Origin: a virus
DNA length: 64,000 nucleotides
Virus record (IMG/VR): IMGVR_UViG_3300045988_115074
Span: 32,001-96,000 of that record
Reading direction: 5' to 3' (one strand)
In this document: positions 9,904 to 18,584 of the stretch, in pieces
How the letters are laid out: every line of letters starts with the position of its first letter
Numbering within the stretch: position 1 is the stretch's first letter
The notes under the pieces: generated by a model
Told to the model about the DNA's origin: nothing
The model's database searches: none
Seen by the model: only the letters and a program-made list of their open reading frames with translations
Position numbers and translations under genes: made by a program

Positions 9904-10626
9904 ATGGCTGAAAAGCAACAATTTAACCCAATGTATCGTCCTAATATTACCAATATTAACTTGACTACTCTTTGGGGTCGTAATGAAGAGAAAAGCGTAG
10001 CTTATTGCAAAATGTATGTTTCTGGTAATAAACTGCGTTTGAATATTGGTACTGGTTTGACAGAAGATAAAGCCAAAAAACAACCAAATATCCGTTTGGA
10101 AATTAAAGATGGTCAAGTACCTTCTTTCTTAGCTATCTTGGATATTCTTCGTGATTTGGCACTTAAACAAGACGATGGTGAAAAGAAAACCGTACAATGT
10201 CCACTTTATGGTTATATCAAAACCCGTGACATGCAAAAAGCAGAACGTAAACAAATTGCTACTATTCAAGTAGGTCGTACTGAAAAAGGCATCTACTACT
10301 TTACAGCATTTGATAACTACCATGGTAAAGTAATGTTCCCTCTGACATTTGAACGTGATATTGAAGTTTATAATGTTAATACAGGTGAACCAGCTGATGC
10401 TGCGTGGAAATCTCGTTGCTATATGCTCTCTTGGGTAGAAACCATGAAACGACTAATTATCTCTACTTTGGTTCAAGAGTTTGTTGACCCAGATGCTAAG
10501 AAAGACGATAATAAGTCTAATGGTAATCGTGGCTATCAATCTAATAACCAAGGTAACCAAGGTTCTAACCAATCTTCTGGTGGTAATAGTAATTTTGATG
10601 ATTTTGAAGATGACTTCCTTCCTTAA
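9904..10626 (+). CDS. single-stranded nucleic-acid-binding protein candidate (SSB-type architecture)
   Basis: Globular ~195 aa, then a G/N/Q/S linker (NGNRGYQSNNQGNQGSNQSSGGNSN), then an acidic-hydrophobic tip FDDFEDDFLP. Strong codon bias. Terminator 10644-10671. Confidence 0.5.
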   Translation: MAEKQQFNPMYRPNITNINLTTLWGRNEEKSVAYCKMYVSGNKLRLNIGTGLTEDKAKKQPNIRLEIKDGQVPSFLAILDILRDLALKQDDGEKKTVQCPLYGYIKTRDMQKAERKQIATIQVGRTEKGIYYFTAFDNYHGKVMFPLTFERDIEVYNVNTGEPADAAWKSRCYMLSWVETMKRLIISTLVQEFVDPDAKKDDNKSNGNRGYQSNNQGNQGSNQSSGGNSNFDDFEDDFLP

Positions 10627-10643
10627 TTAAATTTAAAGATAAA

Positions 10644-10671
10644 CTAGAGACTCTTTTCGGAGAGTCTCTAG
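10644..10671 (+). terminator. hairpin terminator
   Basis: 11-bp stem CTAGAGACTCT/AGAGTCTCTAG, loop TTTCGG. Confidence 0.65.
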
Positions 10672-10718
10672 TATTGTATAATATTTCTAGTAACTTACGA
10701 TACAAAGTATCTAAGTCG

Positions 10719-10747
10719 CTTAAAATTATTTTTATAATAATTTTAAG
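10719..10747. promoter_or_regulatory. AT-rich inverted repeat abutting promoter motif
   Basis: CTTAAAATTAT ttttata ATAATTTTAAG (11-bp arms). Confidence 0.3.
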
Positions 10748-10765
10748 TATATAATATTATAATGG
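10748..10765 (+). promoter_or_regulatory. phage promoter motif copy (divergent)
   Basis: TATATAATATTATAATGG; 50 nt upstream of gene 10815; preceded by AT-rich inverted repeat 10719-10747. Confidence 0.4.
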
Positions 10766-10814
10766 TGGTTGTTAGTGATAACATTCCACTTCTTTTAATT
10801 AAAAGGAAATCAAA

Positions 10815-12416
10815 ATGAACTATCTTACTTTTGAAATGGACAGTACAAAGGCCAATGTACTCGTTCGTTATCAGAATGAATCTGTGTCATTCTCAATGAC
10901 CTATTATAAGAAAGGTCGAGATAATCATGATGTCATGGCAGCAGCTTCTCCATTCTTAGAATTTAATGAATGGTTAAAGACTAAGCCAACACAATGGCAC
11001 AAAGAGATTTTTGAAATCTATAAAGATATCAAACAATCCATTCTTGAAATCAATGATGTTAATCGTTTGATTGGCGTATTGAATAAACATTTTATCAAGA
11101 TTTACGCTAAAGTAAATTTAGATGAAATGAAACACTGGATTACTCTCCCTAATACTCCGGTGTATGTTTCCAATAAAAAGGAAACCAATTACGACCCACA
11201 AACGACATATGTTTACCAAGACTATTTAGACTTGGTAACTTATTCTTTGGCATTGCGATTCGTTGCACCTATTTGGGGCGATATTCACAATCGCTTAAAT
11301 AGTGAATTTGGTAAAGATGCCAAAGAAGTCTATTCGATGGAAATCTTATACGATACTTGCATGGTATCTAATCCAGAGAAAAACTATATCTGTACAGCAG
11401 AGAATCGTTTGCGTGAGTTCATTGCAAATACTAAACTTAAGTTAGAAACGAATGCTGTATTGGTATCTGGTTTGTCAGAAGATGATTTCTATAATTACTT
11501 GTATTCTGTTATTATCTTGAAGAAGATTGCACAAGGTGATATTTCAGGTAATGATGATTCGTATCATTTGATTGCACAAACGTATTTCTTCTTATCTAAT
11601 AAAATCAAACAGGCTTCAAAATCATACGGTGCTGATTCTACTCAAATCCAAATGAAAAAGAATCCTGTAGAGGATAAGAAAGGTAATGAATCTAACTCTC
11701 AATCTGTATTAGATGTTGGATTTGTTCGTTCACGTTTATTGGCTGATGAGAAGATGTTCTTGAAATTAGCTATTTCAGACCATCAACGTTTGATTCAGAC
11801 TTTGTGTCCAGATTTGCCTGAAGATTTATACTTGGAATCCATGGATAATATCATGCAAATGAATACGAACTATAGTTATCTGTCTGAAGATAGACAATAC
11901 ATGAAACCAATTCAAGATGTACAGTTAATTATTACCAAATGGATAGTACATCGTTCAGTTAATACGGTGATTTTCGATCACTTGGAATTAAATGAACTAA
12001 TTAACTTAATTGGTTTGGTACGTGCTATTCTTTGGCATAAAGGATTTCATGAATTTGCAGCAGTAATTTCAGCAATTGCCCTGCAACCTAATCGGGATTC
12101 TACATTTGTTCAACCAAGTTATCGTAAGAATCTGGAAGCAGGTCTATCCGAACGCTTGGCAAAAACATATGATTTAGGTGGGGTTACTAAGTCAGAAAAA
12201 CGCAATATGTCGTATATTGGTTGTATCGAATTAATCCATAAAGGATTGTTTGAATATAACTGGTTATTGACATTACCAGAAAAATGGTTAGAAGAATCTA
12301 ATCTGGTTACTCGTGAGAAACGTTTGATTCTACCTTCTGATATTCGCAATAAAATTGGTGAGTTGATGTTGGTAGTAGAATCTGAACAAGAATTTGTTCA
12401 AGATGAATTTAATTAA
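10815..12416 (+). CDS. hypothetical early protein, 533 aa
   Basis: RBS AAAAGGAAATCAAAATG; promoter motif 10748-10765 upstream. Confidence 0.75.
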   Translation: MNYLTFEMDSTKANVLVRYQNESVSFSMTYYKKGRDNHDVMAAASPFLEFNEWLKTKPTQWHKEIFEIYKDIKQSILEINDVNRLIGVLNKHFIKIYAKVNLDEMKHWITLPNTPVYVSNKKETNYDPQTTYVYQDYLDLVTYSLALRFVAPIWGDIHNRLNSEFGKDAKEVYSMEILYDTCMVSNPEKNYICTAENRLREFIANTKLKLETNAVLVSGLSEDDFYNYLYSVIILKKIAQGDISGNDDSYHLIAQTYFFLSNKIKQASKSYGADSTQIQMKKNPVEDKKGNESNSQSVLDVGFVRSRLLADEKMFLKLAISDHQRLIQTLCPDLPEDLYLESMDNIMQMNTNYSYLSEDRQYMKPIQDVQLIITKWIVHRSVNTVIFDHLELNELINLIGLVRAILWHKGFHEFAAVISAIALQPNRDSTFVQPSYRKNLEAGLSERLAKTYDLGGVTKSEKRNMSYIGCIELIHKGLFEYNWLLTLPEKWLEESNLVTREKRLILPSDIRNKIGELMLVVESEQEFVQDEFN

Positions 12417-12438
12417 TTTTATATAATGGAGTTTCAAA

Positions 12439-14016
12439 ATGTCTAATACATTTATTGGTTCACGTCGTAATTCACCAATAACAATAGACTATCTTAACCT
12501 GATTAAGGTAGCAGGATATCAAGACCAGTTTCTGCGTCCTAATGTTACTACAATGACCGGTACAGCTGCTGCCGAAATTGGTAACATGATTCGAGATTTC
12601 AATGGTAAAATCCCAGGTTCAGTTATTGCTAAAACTACAGCTAACTTTATCTTACCATCTTCTCGTCCTGAAACATTATCGTTTGCTGACAATGTAGCAC
12701 CTAATGCTGTATCTATTCCATTTGGTTGGAATGAAGATCGGTTTGTATTCATGATGCAAATCCGTACAACATCGGGTAATATCGAAACAACTGAATTGGT
12801 AACAGGTTATACTGACCGATTTGATGTAGCACATACTAACCAATACGTACACAATACAGAAGATGTAATCGTAGCACCTGATACTGTATTCTACATTAAC
12901 TCAGTATCAACTATTGGTACACGTTATCTTAATAACATTGCTATTCCAGTTATTAAAGATTCGTTCTCTGTATTTGGCGGTGGTTTAGGTACAGCTACTT
13001 ACAATAGTCAGAATGCATTGAAAATGACGCCAATGAATCTGATTCAATCAGGTAAGATTAATACCATTGATGGTATTACCGATATTCCTGATAACAGTGG
13101 TGTTACGACTATTCGTAGTGACTATAAGTCAGTAAGCAATTACCCTACATTGTCTTATCGTAAGTTTAACTCACCTACTGCATTGACTTCAAAAATCATT
13201 GAGTCTTATGCAGACCAAGCGAAGTTATTTGCTAATTCAGGTTCATACAGCTCTGATGATGTATATAACCAAGCACGTGGTGCGTGTGCTGACCCTAGCA
13301 TTACACAAACCAAGATTTTGACATCAATCTCTACAATGGGTGGTTCTAGCTCTACATTTGATTATAAATGGTTGCAATCAATCGACCCAGACATCGATAA
13401 TAAAACCGATGTATTTGATAGTGGTTACCACACTACAGAGTACAGTGCCCCATGGGATGCGCCTACATTGGAAACCCAAATGGCATTAGTTGCTTCTAAC
13501 ATGGTGACAACTTTGATGTTGAATTATTCATTGCGTGTATTGGAATTCTCATCAACAAACATGATGGTTAACCATGGTGGTTTTGGTGCTTCTTCAGATT
13601 CAGCAATGATTTCTAATATTTCAGGATTTGTAGAAAACATCAACTTCAATAACATCATTGGTTCTCTTGAGAATATCATTGGTGAAGAATTGGGTATGGT
13701 GTTATCTCAAGGTGGTGAGATTGGTTATGCTATTCACGTATCTGCTGAAATGAATGCTGATATTAATATCACTATTTCGTTTGAAGGTCGTCCTGAAGAA
13801 ATCTACATCTTCCCATCATTTGCTGACTCTGCATTGTCACCAATGATTACAACCAACACTAAAACTTATCGTAACAATTCACGTGATATTGGTGCGGTAA
13901 TGGATTTGGTTGAAGATACTGTTGTTACCTCAAGTGGTATTGTAGGATATAACGGTATGGGTGATGTATTTAGCCAAATGAATAGCGGACATAATCCAAC
14001 AGGTAATGTCTATTAA
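12439..14016 (+). CDS. hypothetical protein, 525 aa (codon-biased, probably abundant)
   Basis: RBS GGAG; same operon as 10815; terminator 14023-14044. Confidence 0.75.
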   Translation: MSNTFIGSRRNSPITIDYLNLIKVAGYQDQFLRPNVTTMTGTAAAEIGNMIRDFNGKIPGSVIAKTTANFILPSSRPETLSFADNVAPNAVSIPFGWNEDRFVFMMQIRTTSGNIETTELVTGYTDRFDVAHTNQYVHNTEDVIVAPDTVFYINSVSTIGTRYLNNIAIPVIKDSFSVFGGGLGTATYNSQNALKMTPMNLIQSGKINTIDGITDIPDNSGVTTIRSDYKSVSNYPTLSYRKFNSPTALTSKIIESYADQAKLFANSGSYSSDDVYNQARGACADPSITQTKILTSISTMGGSSSTFDYKWLQSIDPDIDNKTDVFDSGYHTTEYSAPWDAPTLETQMALVASNMVTTLMLNYSLRVLEFSSTNMMVNHGGFGASSDSAMISNISGFVENINFNNIIGSLENIIGEELGMVLSQGGEIGYAIHVSAEMNADINITISFEGRPEEIYIFPSFADSALSPMITTNTKTYRNNSRDIGAVMDLVEDTVVTSSGIVGYNGMGDVFSQMNSGHNPTGNVY

Positions 14017-14022
14017 TCTATA

Positions 14023-14044
14023 AGAGGTAGTCACTACTACCTCT
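14023..14044 (+). terminator. intrinsic terminator
   Basis: 9-bp stem AGAGGTAGT/ACTACCTCT, loop CACT, then TTTT. Confidence 0.7.
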
Positions 14045-14065
14045 TTTTCTATAAAAGGAAATAAA

Positions 14066-15610
14066 ATGAAATTGAATATGTTAGATGTGTACGACGCACT
14101 ATTGACAACTTGTGGTTATGTTGTAGATGACAATGGTCGTGTACGTAAGAAACTGGGTAAAGCATTACCAGTATCAATGGAAATTGAAGGTGAAACACGT
14201 TATCTGGTATTACCTACTCGTGAGAACATGTCTTCACCTGATTTGATGAACTTCGTATTCTTCCACCCATTCCAAGAAAACTTGGTACGTGGTGAATCAC
14301 GAGTAATGTCAGCAGTACGTCGTGAGTTGAATAGCTCTTACGGTGCAGCTATCTCTGCGCTGATGTGCGATATCGTAGGTATCTCATCTGGTACTGTAAA
14401 TCACAGTGACCTTACAGTAGAGCAACGTAAGTTTATTGGTTCTATTGGTAAAGTAGATGAGCGATTTGTAAAAGACTTTGATAAGATTATTAATAATCTG
14501 GCTAGTCGCAAATCACGTAATACGCCAGTATATCTTTCATTGCGTAAAGGTGTAAACTGGGCAGGTAAAACACACTCACGTGCAGCTATCTGGTCTTCTC
14601 CATTGCTGGAAGAAGTAATGACTTGTATTGAACAAGTGAATAAAGGTACACAAGCTACTCCTAAGATTTTAGGCGTACCTGTTCGTAAAGGTGATTTGAA
14701 AACATACGAAAATCTTTGCCGTGCATTCTTTGGTAACATCGATGAAAAGAACCATGATTTCTATAGTTCATCAGACGCTACTGATGCGCCTTATTGCGAA
14801 GCATTTGTTCGTTCATTGCTGACATTGCCTAAACACTTGAATAGTATTTCTGACATGTTCTATACTGGTAAAGGCATGGTTCATGCCAAAGAAGTATCTA
14901 AAGAGTGCCACGAAATCACACACATTGATATTGATTGGTTGGAAGAGTTGTTAAAAGAATCAGAAACAGGTAACTTTACAGTACGTGATTGGCGTAAAGA
15001 ATATTTGTTGATTCCTTTGCAAGATGGTAATGAAGGTGTAGCAGCTGTAACTAAAGAAGAAGTGAAACAAGAAACTACTTCTCGTAGTAAATACGGTGCA
15101 GTTACAGAACAAGTAACAGGTCACCCATCTACTGCACAACAAGCAGCACCACAAGTTGTACAAGCTACACAACCTACAACACAACCTGTAGTTCAACCTG
15201 TGCAACAAGCTCAACCAGTGCAAGCAGGTAACCAGTTCTTGCAACGTCAAGAGCCTGTATCAGTGCAACCAGTAGTTCAGCAATATCAACCAGTACAACC
15301 ACAACCTGCCGGTAATCAATTCTTGCGTCGCCAGGAACCAGTACAACAGTATCAACCAAACAATGGTCAATACAGTGGTTTCCAAGCACATCGTCAGAAT
15401 CAGATTAATAACCATTACCGACAATTCGTTGCACCAGCAGCCGTTAACGGATATGTTCCTGGACAATCGCATACAGTGAATGTACAGAATAATAATGGTT
15501 ATGGTTATAATGTTAATCGTGGTTATAATGGTGGTACTACCAATTATAACAACAATAACTATTTTAACCGTAATGGTTCTGCTACATTGTTTAGCACTCG
15601 TAAACGATAA
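14066..15610 (+). CDS. hypothetical protein, 514 aa, with ~160-aa Q/P/N/Y/G-rich C-terminal low-complexity region
   Basis: RBS AAAAGGAAATAAAATG; C-terminal third is QQAAPQVVQATQPTTQPVVQPVQQ...NNNGYGYNVNRGYNGGTTNYNNNNYF. Confidence 0.75.
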   Translation: MKLNMLDVYDALLTTCGYVVDDNGRVRKKLGKALPVSMEIEGETRYLVLPTRENMSSPDLMNFVFFHPFQENLVRGESRVMSAVRRELNSSYGAAISALMCDIVGISSGTVNHSDLTVEQRKFIGSIGKVDERFVKDFDKIINNLASRKSRNTPVYLSLRKGVNWAGKTHSRAAIWSSPLLEEVMTCIEQVNKGTQATPKILGVPVRKGDLKTYENLCRAFFGNIDEKNHDFYSSSDATDAPYCEAFVRSLLTLPKHLNSISDMFYTGKGMVHAKEVSKECHEITHIDIDWLEELLKESETGNFTVRDWRKEYLLIPLQDGNEGVAAVTKEEVKQETTSRSKYGAVTEQVTGHPSTAQQAAPQVVQATQPTTQPVVQPVQQAQPVQAGNQFLQRQEPVSVQPVVQQYQPVQPQPAGNQFLRRQEPVQQYQPNNGQYSGFQAHRQNQINNHYRQFVAPAAVNGYVPGQSHTVNVQNNNGYGYNVNRGYNGGTTNYNNNNYFNRNGSATLFSTRKR

Positions 15611-15620
15611 ATAGTAATAA

Positions 15621-15652
15621 CTAGATACACTACCACGTGGTAGTGTATCTAG
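15621..15652. terminator. bidirectional hairpin terminator
   Basis: 32-nt perfect palindrome CTAGATACACTACCACGTGGTAGTGTATCTAG between convergent genes. Confidence 0.7.
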
Positions 15653-15699
15653 ATTACTATATATTTTTTTAACATGATATTATCTAGGAGTAGTTCTAT

Positions 15700-16047
15700 T
15701 TAACTAGCTGTCCGTTTTACAATTTGATTATGGTAAGAAAGTAAACTATTAATTAATTCAGAACGAGGAATTTTAATTGTTAACTTATCTTTTTTATATT
15801 CACTAGGAGATGAATAACCATTAATTCTCATTGTAATCCAGTGGTGTTGTACAGGTACAGCTAAGTTTCTTAACAAGCCATAGAAATCGTATTCAAAGCG
15901 ATTTGCGTCAATAGGAGAGATTGTTTTAAATTCCTCAATATTCTTAGGATCACTCAAGATAGCTAAGTGGTCTTCTAATACTGTTTTAAAACTTTCAGAT
16001 ACGTAATCGCCATCATCGAATGTAGAATCAAGTAATGATGATGCCAT
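15700..16047 (-). CDS. hypothetical protein, 115 aa
   Basis: RBS AAAGG 8 nt upstream of the ATG on the minus strand; converges on palindrome 15621-15652. Confidence 0.6.
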   Translation of the reverse strand: MASSLLDSTFDDGDYVSESFKTVLEDHLAILSDPKNIEEFKTISPIDANRFEYDFYGLLRNLAVPVQHHWITMRINGYSSPSEYKKDKLTIKIPRSELINSLLSYHNQIVKRTAS

Positions 16048-16064
16048 TTGTAAAACCTTTCAGG

Positions 16065-16082
16065 TATATATTATTAAATTGG
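16065..16082 (+). promoter_or_regulatory. phage promoter motif copy
   Basis: TATATATTATTAAATTGG, then hairpin ATAGAAT/ATTCTAT; upstream of RNAP beta-like gene. Confidence 0.55.
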
Positions 16083-16145
16083 AAGAAATAGAATAGTATT
16101 ATTCTATCTTTTAGTATAGTGAAGCACTTATAAAAGGAAACCAAA

Positions 16146-18518
16146 ATGACTGAACAAATTGAAACAGTCTATAACGAAAACGATATACGGTTAATTGGCT
16201 CGACGGCCTTCAATCCGTTTAGCGAATACACGTCTTCATCACGTGGTCAGATGCAGGCAAATGCCATTTCACAACACTATGTGATTAGTGGGTGTAAGCC
16301 GAATATGATTCAAACTGGTGCGGATATAGAGTACGGCAGATTCTCTAATTCCATTACCACACCCCATAACATGGTAGTATTTTCGATTGTAAACCGTTAT
16401 ATTCCGTCCCAACATAACGGTATTCAATTGAACCCACAACAAATTGTTATTTACCAAACATTCGACGAAGGTTCTCGTCCATTGTTCGGTATTATCGATA
16501 TCACACGTTTTAGTTCTTCACATCCTAAGTTTGGTTTTGAATATAAACCAACTGAGGAAGCACAGCAGATTCGTGTAGGTAACAGTATTCCAAAAGGAAC
16601 AGTATTATACGATACACCTGCAAAAGATAAACATGGTTTGTATTCACCAGGTATTGATTTAAATACTTTGTATTCTTCTTTAGAAGGTACGATTGAAGAC
16701 TCAATCCTGATTGCTAAAGACGTAGCACCATTACTTAAAACCAAAACATTTACCACACGTGTATTTGAATTAGGTGAAAAAGAATTCCCATTGAATCTTT
16801 ATGGCGATGATGACAACTATAAAGTCATGCCAGATATTGGTGAATACTGTATTCCTACAGGTCAAGCATATTCAGGTATTGTCATGGCAAAACGAGAATA
16901 TCGTCCAGACTTATTACCAATCATGTTTACAAAGAAATCTACACGAATCTTCGATTCTGTAACAGATGTACCATTAGATGGTAATGGTCAAGAAGCACGT
17001 GTAATTGATATCATTGTTTATAAACAACCTAAAACCAATACAGCTGTAGCACCTAAAGTCATGGAACAATTAGATAAATATGCAAATGCTTATCGTGATT
17101 TCTGCGAACGTATTATTGCAGAGTATCGTAAAATCATGGCTAAGACCAATGGTAATGCAGAGTTTACTGATGACTTTGACCAATTGATTAAACACTGTAT
17201 GGCAATTACCAATGAACCAACTAATGATGAACGTACACGTAATGTACCTATTCAGAAAGTTTCAAACTTCAATCGTAAGTTAGATGATATCACTATCATT
17301 GTAACAACAGAATATACGAAAGAAGTAGGGCCTGGTTTTAAGATTACAGGTTTACATGGTAACAAAGGTGTGATTGCAGATGTGGTTACAGTAGAACCAT
17401 CGCAAATGCCTTACGACCCTATTACAGGTATTCGTGCAGATATTTGTATTGGTGTAAACTCTACCTTTAACCGAATGAACCAAGGTCAGACTTACGAAGT
17501 TAGCTTAAAAGCAGCTATGTTGGAATTGAAACAATGGATATGCAATACAGTTAACCTAAATGAGTCTACACCTAATCTACGTGATAAAGTGATTCGATTA
17601 CCACGTGATGTACTTGAACCTATCTTTGCACGTCTGGAAAGATTTTACGAAATCTGTTCAAACAAACATTACGATTTCTATAAATCAATGTCCTTCCAAG
17701 AGAAGACAGTAGATTTGTACCACATGATTCACGAGACACCAATTATCTGGATGCCTCATGGTAATAATCGTCGTATGTTACATGTATTTAAAGCATTAAA
17801 AGAAGAAGGTTTCTTATCAGACCCAAACTGCTTAAGATTCTGGAATCCACATAAACAATGTTTTGAAGATACAGCGACACCACAACGTATTGGCCCACAA
17901 TACTATATCTGTCTTGAGAAGATTGGTGATGATGCAGCGGCAGTATCTACAGCTGCAACACAACCAAATGGTATTATTGTACCACTGACGTCTAAAGATA
18001 AAACTACACAACAAATCCGTAAACAGGCTACTAAGTTCCCAGGTGAGTCTGAAGGTCGTTTGTTGGTAGGTAGTGGCCCTTCTGGTTTAGCAGCAGTTCT
18101 ACATGACCGCTCTAATAATCCAGAGACTGTTGATAAAATCTTAACTACGATTTATACAACAGACAGACCAACAGATATCGACGATGTGATTAATCCTAAT
18201 GAGATTAATATTGGTGCAAATAGACCATTACAAATTCTTCGCCATTTCATTCAAACAAATGGTACGAAGATGGTGTATGCTCCATTTGACCCAAGTCAAC
18301 AAGTATTGTCTAAAATCGATCCTATTACAGGTGCAATCTGTATGGAAATTGATGAGAGTGATGAAGACCAACCTAAAGCTAAGGTAGGTAGAAATCAAAG
18401 CAATCAATCACGCGATGAAGATGATGATAAAGAAGTAGACTTGGATGGAAATTCAGACGAATCAAATGATTCTGATGATTCCGATTCAGGTGAAACTGAA
18501 AGCAACGATAACGACTAA
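16146..18518 (+). CDS. multisubunit RNA polymerase beta-like subunit, C-terminal half, with acidic tail
   Basis: SSSRGQMQANAISQ (cf. ANRALMGANMQRQ); GLHGNKGVIADV..MPYD..G..ADI (cf. RHGNKGVISKI..MPYDENGTPVDI); promoter motif 16065-16082 upstream. Confidence 0.9.
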   Translation: MTEQIETVYNENDIRLIGSTAFNPFSEYTSSSRGQMQANAISQHYVISGCKPNMIQTGADIEYGRFSNSITTPHNMVVFSIVNRYIPSQHNGIQLNPQQIVIYQTFDEGSRPLFGIIDITRFSSSHPKFGFEYKPTEEAQQIRVGNSIPKGTVLYDTPAKDKHGLYSPGIDLNTLYSSLEGTIEDSILIAKDVAPLLKTKTFTTRVFELGEKEFPLNLYGDDDNYKVMPDIGEYCIPTGQAYSGIVMAKREYRPDLLPIMFTKKSTRIFDSVTDVPLDGNGQEARVIDIIVYKQPKTNTAVAPKVMEQLDKYANAYRDFCERIIAEYRKIMAKTNGNAEFTDDFDQLIKHCMAITNEPTNDERTRNVPIQKVSNFNRKLDDITIIVTTEYTKEVGPGFKITGLHGNKGVIADVVTVEPSQMPYDPITGIRADICIGVNSTFNRMNQGQTYEVSLKAAMLELKQWICNTVNLNESTPNLRDKVIRLPRDVLEPIFARLERFYEICSNKHYDFYKSMSFQEKTVDLYHMIHETPIIWMPHGNNRRMLHVFKALKEEGFLSDPNCLRFWNPHKQCFEDTATPQRIGPQYYICLEKIGDDAAAVSTAATQPNGIIVPLTSKDKTTQQIRKQATKFPGESEGRLLVGSGPSGLAAVLHDRSNNPETVDKILTTIYTTDRPTDIDDVINPNEINIGANRPLQILRHFIQTNGTKMVYAPFDPSQQVLSKIDPITGAICMEIDESDEDQPKAKVGRNQSNQSRDEDDDKEVDLDGNSDESNDSDDSDSGETESNDND

Positions 18519-18584
18519 AATGAATAATAGGTCTGATATATATTATCAATATGTTAGACCTGTTATTTTATAAAGGAAAACAAC

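Noticed and set aside
9889-10116. Short minus-strand ORFs listed in the track inside plus-strand genes (for example 9889-10116, 22906-23154, 54270-54782, 56160-56493 and 60054-60383)
   Set aside because: All are nested antisense within better-supported genes. They lack an RBS and have low-complexity or Cys/Phe/Leu-rich translations.
18529-18561. Hairpin between the beta and beta' C genes whose 21-nt loop contains a TATATTATCAATATG promoter-like string
   Set aside because: The stem is only 6 bp with a large AT loop, and the motif lacks the AGTG end. I cannot tell a weak terminator or attenuator from chance. The two genes are probably co-transcribed.
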